Assembly (NCBI GenBank): GCA_963833225.1
Contig: CAWHXD010000007.1
Span: forward strand, 548,426 to 612,425
Length of the DNA: 64,000 nucleotides
Origin: an uncultured Chloroflexia bacterium
Lineage (GTDB): Bacteria; Chloroflexota; Limnocylindria; Limnocylindrales; CSP1-4
Reading direction: 5' to 3'
Part shown: positions 61,904 through 64,000 of the stretch, piece after piece
Layout of the letters: every line of letters starts with the position of its first letter
How positions within the stretch are numbered: the first letter of the stretch is position 1
Program-made: the position numbers and the translations under genes
Notes under the pieces: model-generated
What the model was told of the DNA's origin: nothing
Seen by the model: only the letters and a program-made list of their open reading frames with translations
The model's database searches: none

Positions 61904-62203
61904 ATGATCCAGAAGCTCACGATCCTCATCGCGTCGCTCGCCGCAGCGCTCGTTCTCGCCGGTGGCCTTGCGCTTGCCGGCTTCGGCCCGGCCCAGCCGG
62001 CCACCGACACGGTCCAGCTGGTCGACCAGGTCGCGACCCCGCCCACGGCTGCGCCCGAGGCGCCGGTCCAGATCGACACCATCTACCTCACGCCCAAGGA
62101 AGCCCCCAAGGAGATCACCGTCACCCAGGTCAAGCAGGTCACCCGTGGTGGCGGCGAGAACGACGAACACGAACAGGGCGAGCGCGGAGGCCAGGACGAC
62201 TGA
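61904..62203 (+). CDS. Small exported protein with acidic/His tail
   Basis: N-terminal hydrophobic signal; tail GGENDEHEQGE; GGAG RBS. Confidence 0.7.
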   Translation: MIQKLTILIASLAAALVLAGGLALAGFGPAQPATDTVQLVDQVATPPTAAPEAPVQIDTIYLTPKEAPKEITVTQVKQVTRGGGENDEHEQGERGGQDD

Positions 62204-62643
62204 TGCCCCGCCACGACCCCCTCGATCCCAACCGCTCCACTCCCATGTCGATCCGTCAGCCGGGCGCCGCCCCGCGTGGCCCGAACCTGCTGCCGCCGGC
62301 CCACACGGCGACCCCGATCACGCCGGCCGACCGGGTTCCTCGAAAGCGCCCCGACACCGGCCCGCTGCGCGTGATGGTGGGGGTCGTGGGCATGGCCTCG
62401 GCGGCGGCGCTCACGGCCGCGATGCTGCCGTCGATCACGCCGCAGGCGGGGGTCGCGCAGGACCAGGTCCTGGTCACCACCGCGGACGTCCAGCCCCAGC
62501 CCTCCGTCCGGCACGTCACGCAATACGTGACCCTCAAGCCGGGCCAGACCGCGCCGCCGCAGTCCACGGTGATCGTCCAGCCACAGCCCACGCCCAAGGT
62601 CACCGTCAAGGTCGTGACCAAGACCCGCCAGTCGGGCAAGTAG
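62203..62643 (+). CDS. Small membrane-anchored P/T/V-rich protein
   Basis: TGATG-coupled; one TM; ends VVTKTRQSGK. Confidence 0.7.
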   Translation: MPRHDPLDPNRSTPMSIRQPGAAPRGPNLLPPAHTATPITPADRVPRKRPDTGPLRVMVGVVGMASAAALTAAMLPSITPQAGVAQDQVLVTTADVQPQPSVRHVTQYVTLKPGQTAPPQSTVIVQPQPTPKVTVKVVTKTRQSGK

Positions 62644-62645
62644 GC

Positions 62646-63587
62646 ATGGTGCTCGAGATGGTCCTCGTCCAGGCCAGCAATAGCGTGGAGGTCTCGGCGA
62701 GTCGCCCGATGATGGGCGGCCAGGTGTCCATCCACCTCCGCGACGCGGGTGGCGGGCGCGAGCTCGACGACGCCGCCGAAGCGGTGCTCGATCACCTGGA
62801 GGCGTGGGCGCGACGACTCAGCCGGTTCGTGCCGGACTCCGAGCTGTCGCGCCTCAACGCCTCGCAGGCCACCGAGGTCCCCATCGGCCCAACGCTCACC
62901 GCGGTCCTTGACTGGGCACGCGTGGCGGAGTCGATGACCAACGGCCTCGTGGACGTGTCGATGCTGGACGCTCGGCTCGCCGCCGAGGACGGCACCGTCG
63001 TGCGGCCCCCCGCCGCCGCCGGCCGCCGGTGGTCGCTGTCCCGGACAGCCCGGGGGGCAGTGCTCCGTCGGGAAACGGGCGTCAGGTTCGATACCGACGG
63101 CGTGGCCAAGGGCTGGCTCGCGGATCGGGCCCTCGCGATCACCCCCGGCCAGACCGCGCTCGTCGACGGGGACGGCGACATCGCTGCCCGCGTCGCGCCC
63201 GGCGAGGAGCTGCTGGTCGGCATTGACGATCCCCGCGACCCGGCAGGGACGCTCGCCACGATCCGGCTCGCATCGCGCGATGGCCGGGCAGCCAGGTTCG
63301 GCCTGGCGACCTCGGGGACCAGCGTGCATCGGTGGACCCACGGTCGATCGACCGCCCACCACCTCATCGACCCCGTGACATGGCGCCCGGCCGAGACCGA
63401 CGTCGTCCAGGCCACGGTCCTCGCGGACACGGCCCGGGCGGCCGAGGCCTGCGCCAAGGCCGTCGTCCTCGCCGGCAGCAGCCTGGCATCGGCCGTGCTC
63501 GACCGTCCGGGTGTCCGCGGGGGTCTTCTGCTCACCACGCGCGGCGAGATCCGCGCCACACCGGAGATGCTCGAGTGGCTGGCATGA
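62646..63587 (+). CDS. apbE: FAD:protein FMN transferase (ApbE family)
   Basis: LSRFVPDSELSRLN, DGVAKGW, GDGDI, ATSG, HHLIDP. Confidence 0.9.
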   Translation: MVLEMVLVQASNSVEVSASRPMMGGQVSIHLRDAGGGRELDDAAEAVLDHLEAWARRLSRFVPDSELSRLNASQATEVPIGPTLTAVLDWARVAESMTNGLVDVSMLDARLAAEDGTVVRPPAAAGRRWSLSRTARGAVLRRETGVRFDTDGVAKGWLADRALAITPGQTALVDGDGDIAARVAPGEELLVGIDDPRDPAGTLATIRLASRDGRAARFGLATSGTSVHRWTHGRSTAHHLIDPVTWRPAETDVVQATVLADTARAAEACAKAVVLAGSSLASAVLDRPGVRGGLLLTTRGEIRATPEMLEWLA

Positions 63588-64000
63588 CACACCGCGGGTT
63601 GTCGGCCCGCACCTCGATGGCCCGCTGGGGGCTGGCGGCCGTCGCCGCCGGCGTCGTTCTCGGCGCGACCTTGCCCACGGCCCTCAACGGGTTGGCGACC
63701 GCCTGGGAGACCGATCGCCAGAGCCTCGTGTGGCTCCTGGAGCGCGTCCTCGGCTTCATGGCCTACATCGCGATGACCGGCTCCGTCGTCTACGGGCTGC
63801 TCCTCTCGACCAAGGTGCTCGACCGCCTCGCCCACCGACCGGTCACGTTCTCGCTGCACCAGGACCTGGCCTCGGTTGGCGTGGGGCTGGCCGGGGTCCA
63901 CGGAATGCTGCTGGCGCTGGACCACTACGTGCCGTTCACGCTGGCCCAGATCCTGGTTCCCGGCCTGGCGCCCCACGCTCCCGTCGCCGTGGCCTTCGGG
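63584..64000 (+). CDS. Ferric reductase-like (MsrQ-type) transmembrane protein, truncated by the window end
   Basis: ATGA overlap with apbE; open frame to the window edge: WLLERVLGFMAY..GLLLS..FSLHQDL..GVHG (candidate heme His residues). Confidence 0.8.
   Translation, partial: MTHRGLSARTSMARWGLAAVAAGVVLGATLPTALNGLATAWETDRQSLVWLLERVLGFMAYIAMTGSVVYGLLLSTKVLDRLAHRPVTFSLHQDLASVGVGLAGVHGMLLALDHYVPFTLAQILVPGLAPHAPVAVAFG

Overview
Very GC-rich bacterial chromosomal window with about 55 genes; gene content and style suggest Chloroflexota, probably Ca. Limnocylindria (inference only). I found no rRNA, tRNA, cas genes, transposase or integrase. Housekeeping and metabolic genes: class-III aminotransferase plus IclR, MscS, acs, moaA, thyX, an opp/dpp ABC operon, three ABC-2 exporters, tag, a GreA-domain protein, an RhlE-like helicase, PFOR plus a DHOD-like gene, a two-component system and an ApbE/ferric-reductase cluster. 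About ten genes carry single-base frameshifts, most likely long-read indel errors. Most interesting: (i) a cyclic-nucleotide gene cluster (cyclase-STAND-TPR, two stand-alone cNMP-binding proteins, a flavoprotein, and a SatD cyclase-like/DUF3307 membrane pair with its own palindromic sites); (ii) an XRE-HTH/PD-(D/E)XK-like gene followed by DnaA-box-like 9-mers and a 3-repeat/unique-spacer mini-array; (iii) a GIY-YIG-like domain fused to GreA; (iv) a secreted caspase-fold-like protein behind a structured leader; (v) a DUF2089/SHOCT operon with a clear promoter and operator; (vi) an apparent prevalence of leaderless genes. All family assignments come from recognising motifs by eye, not from database searches.
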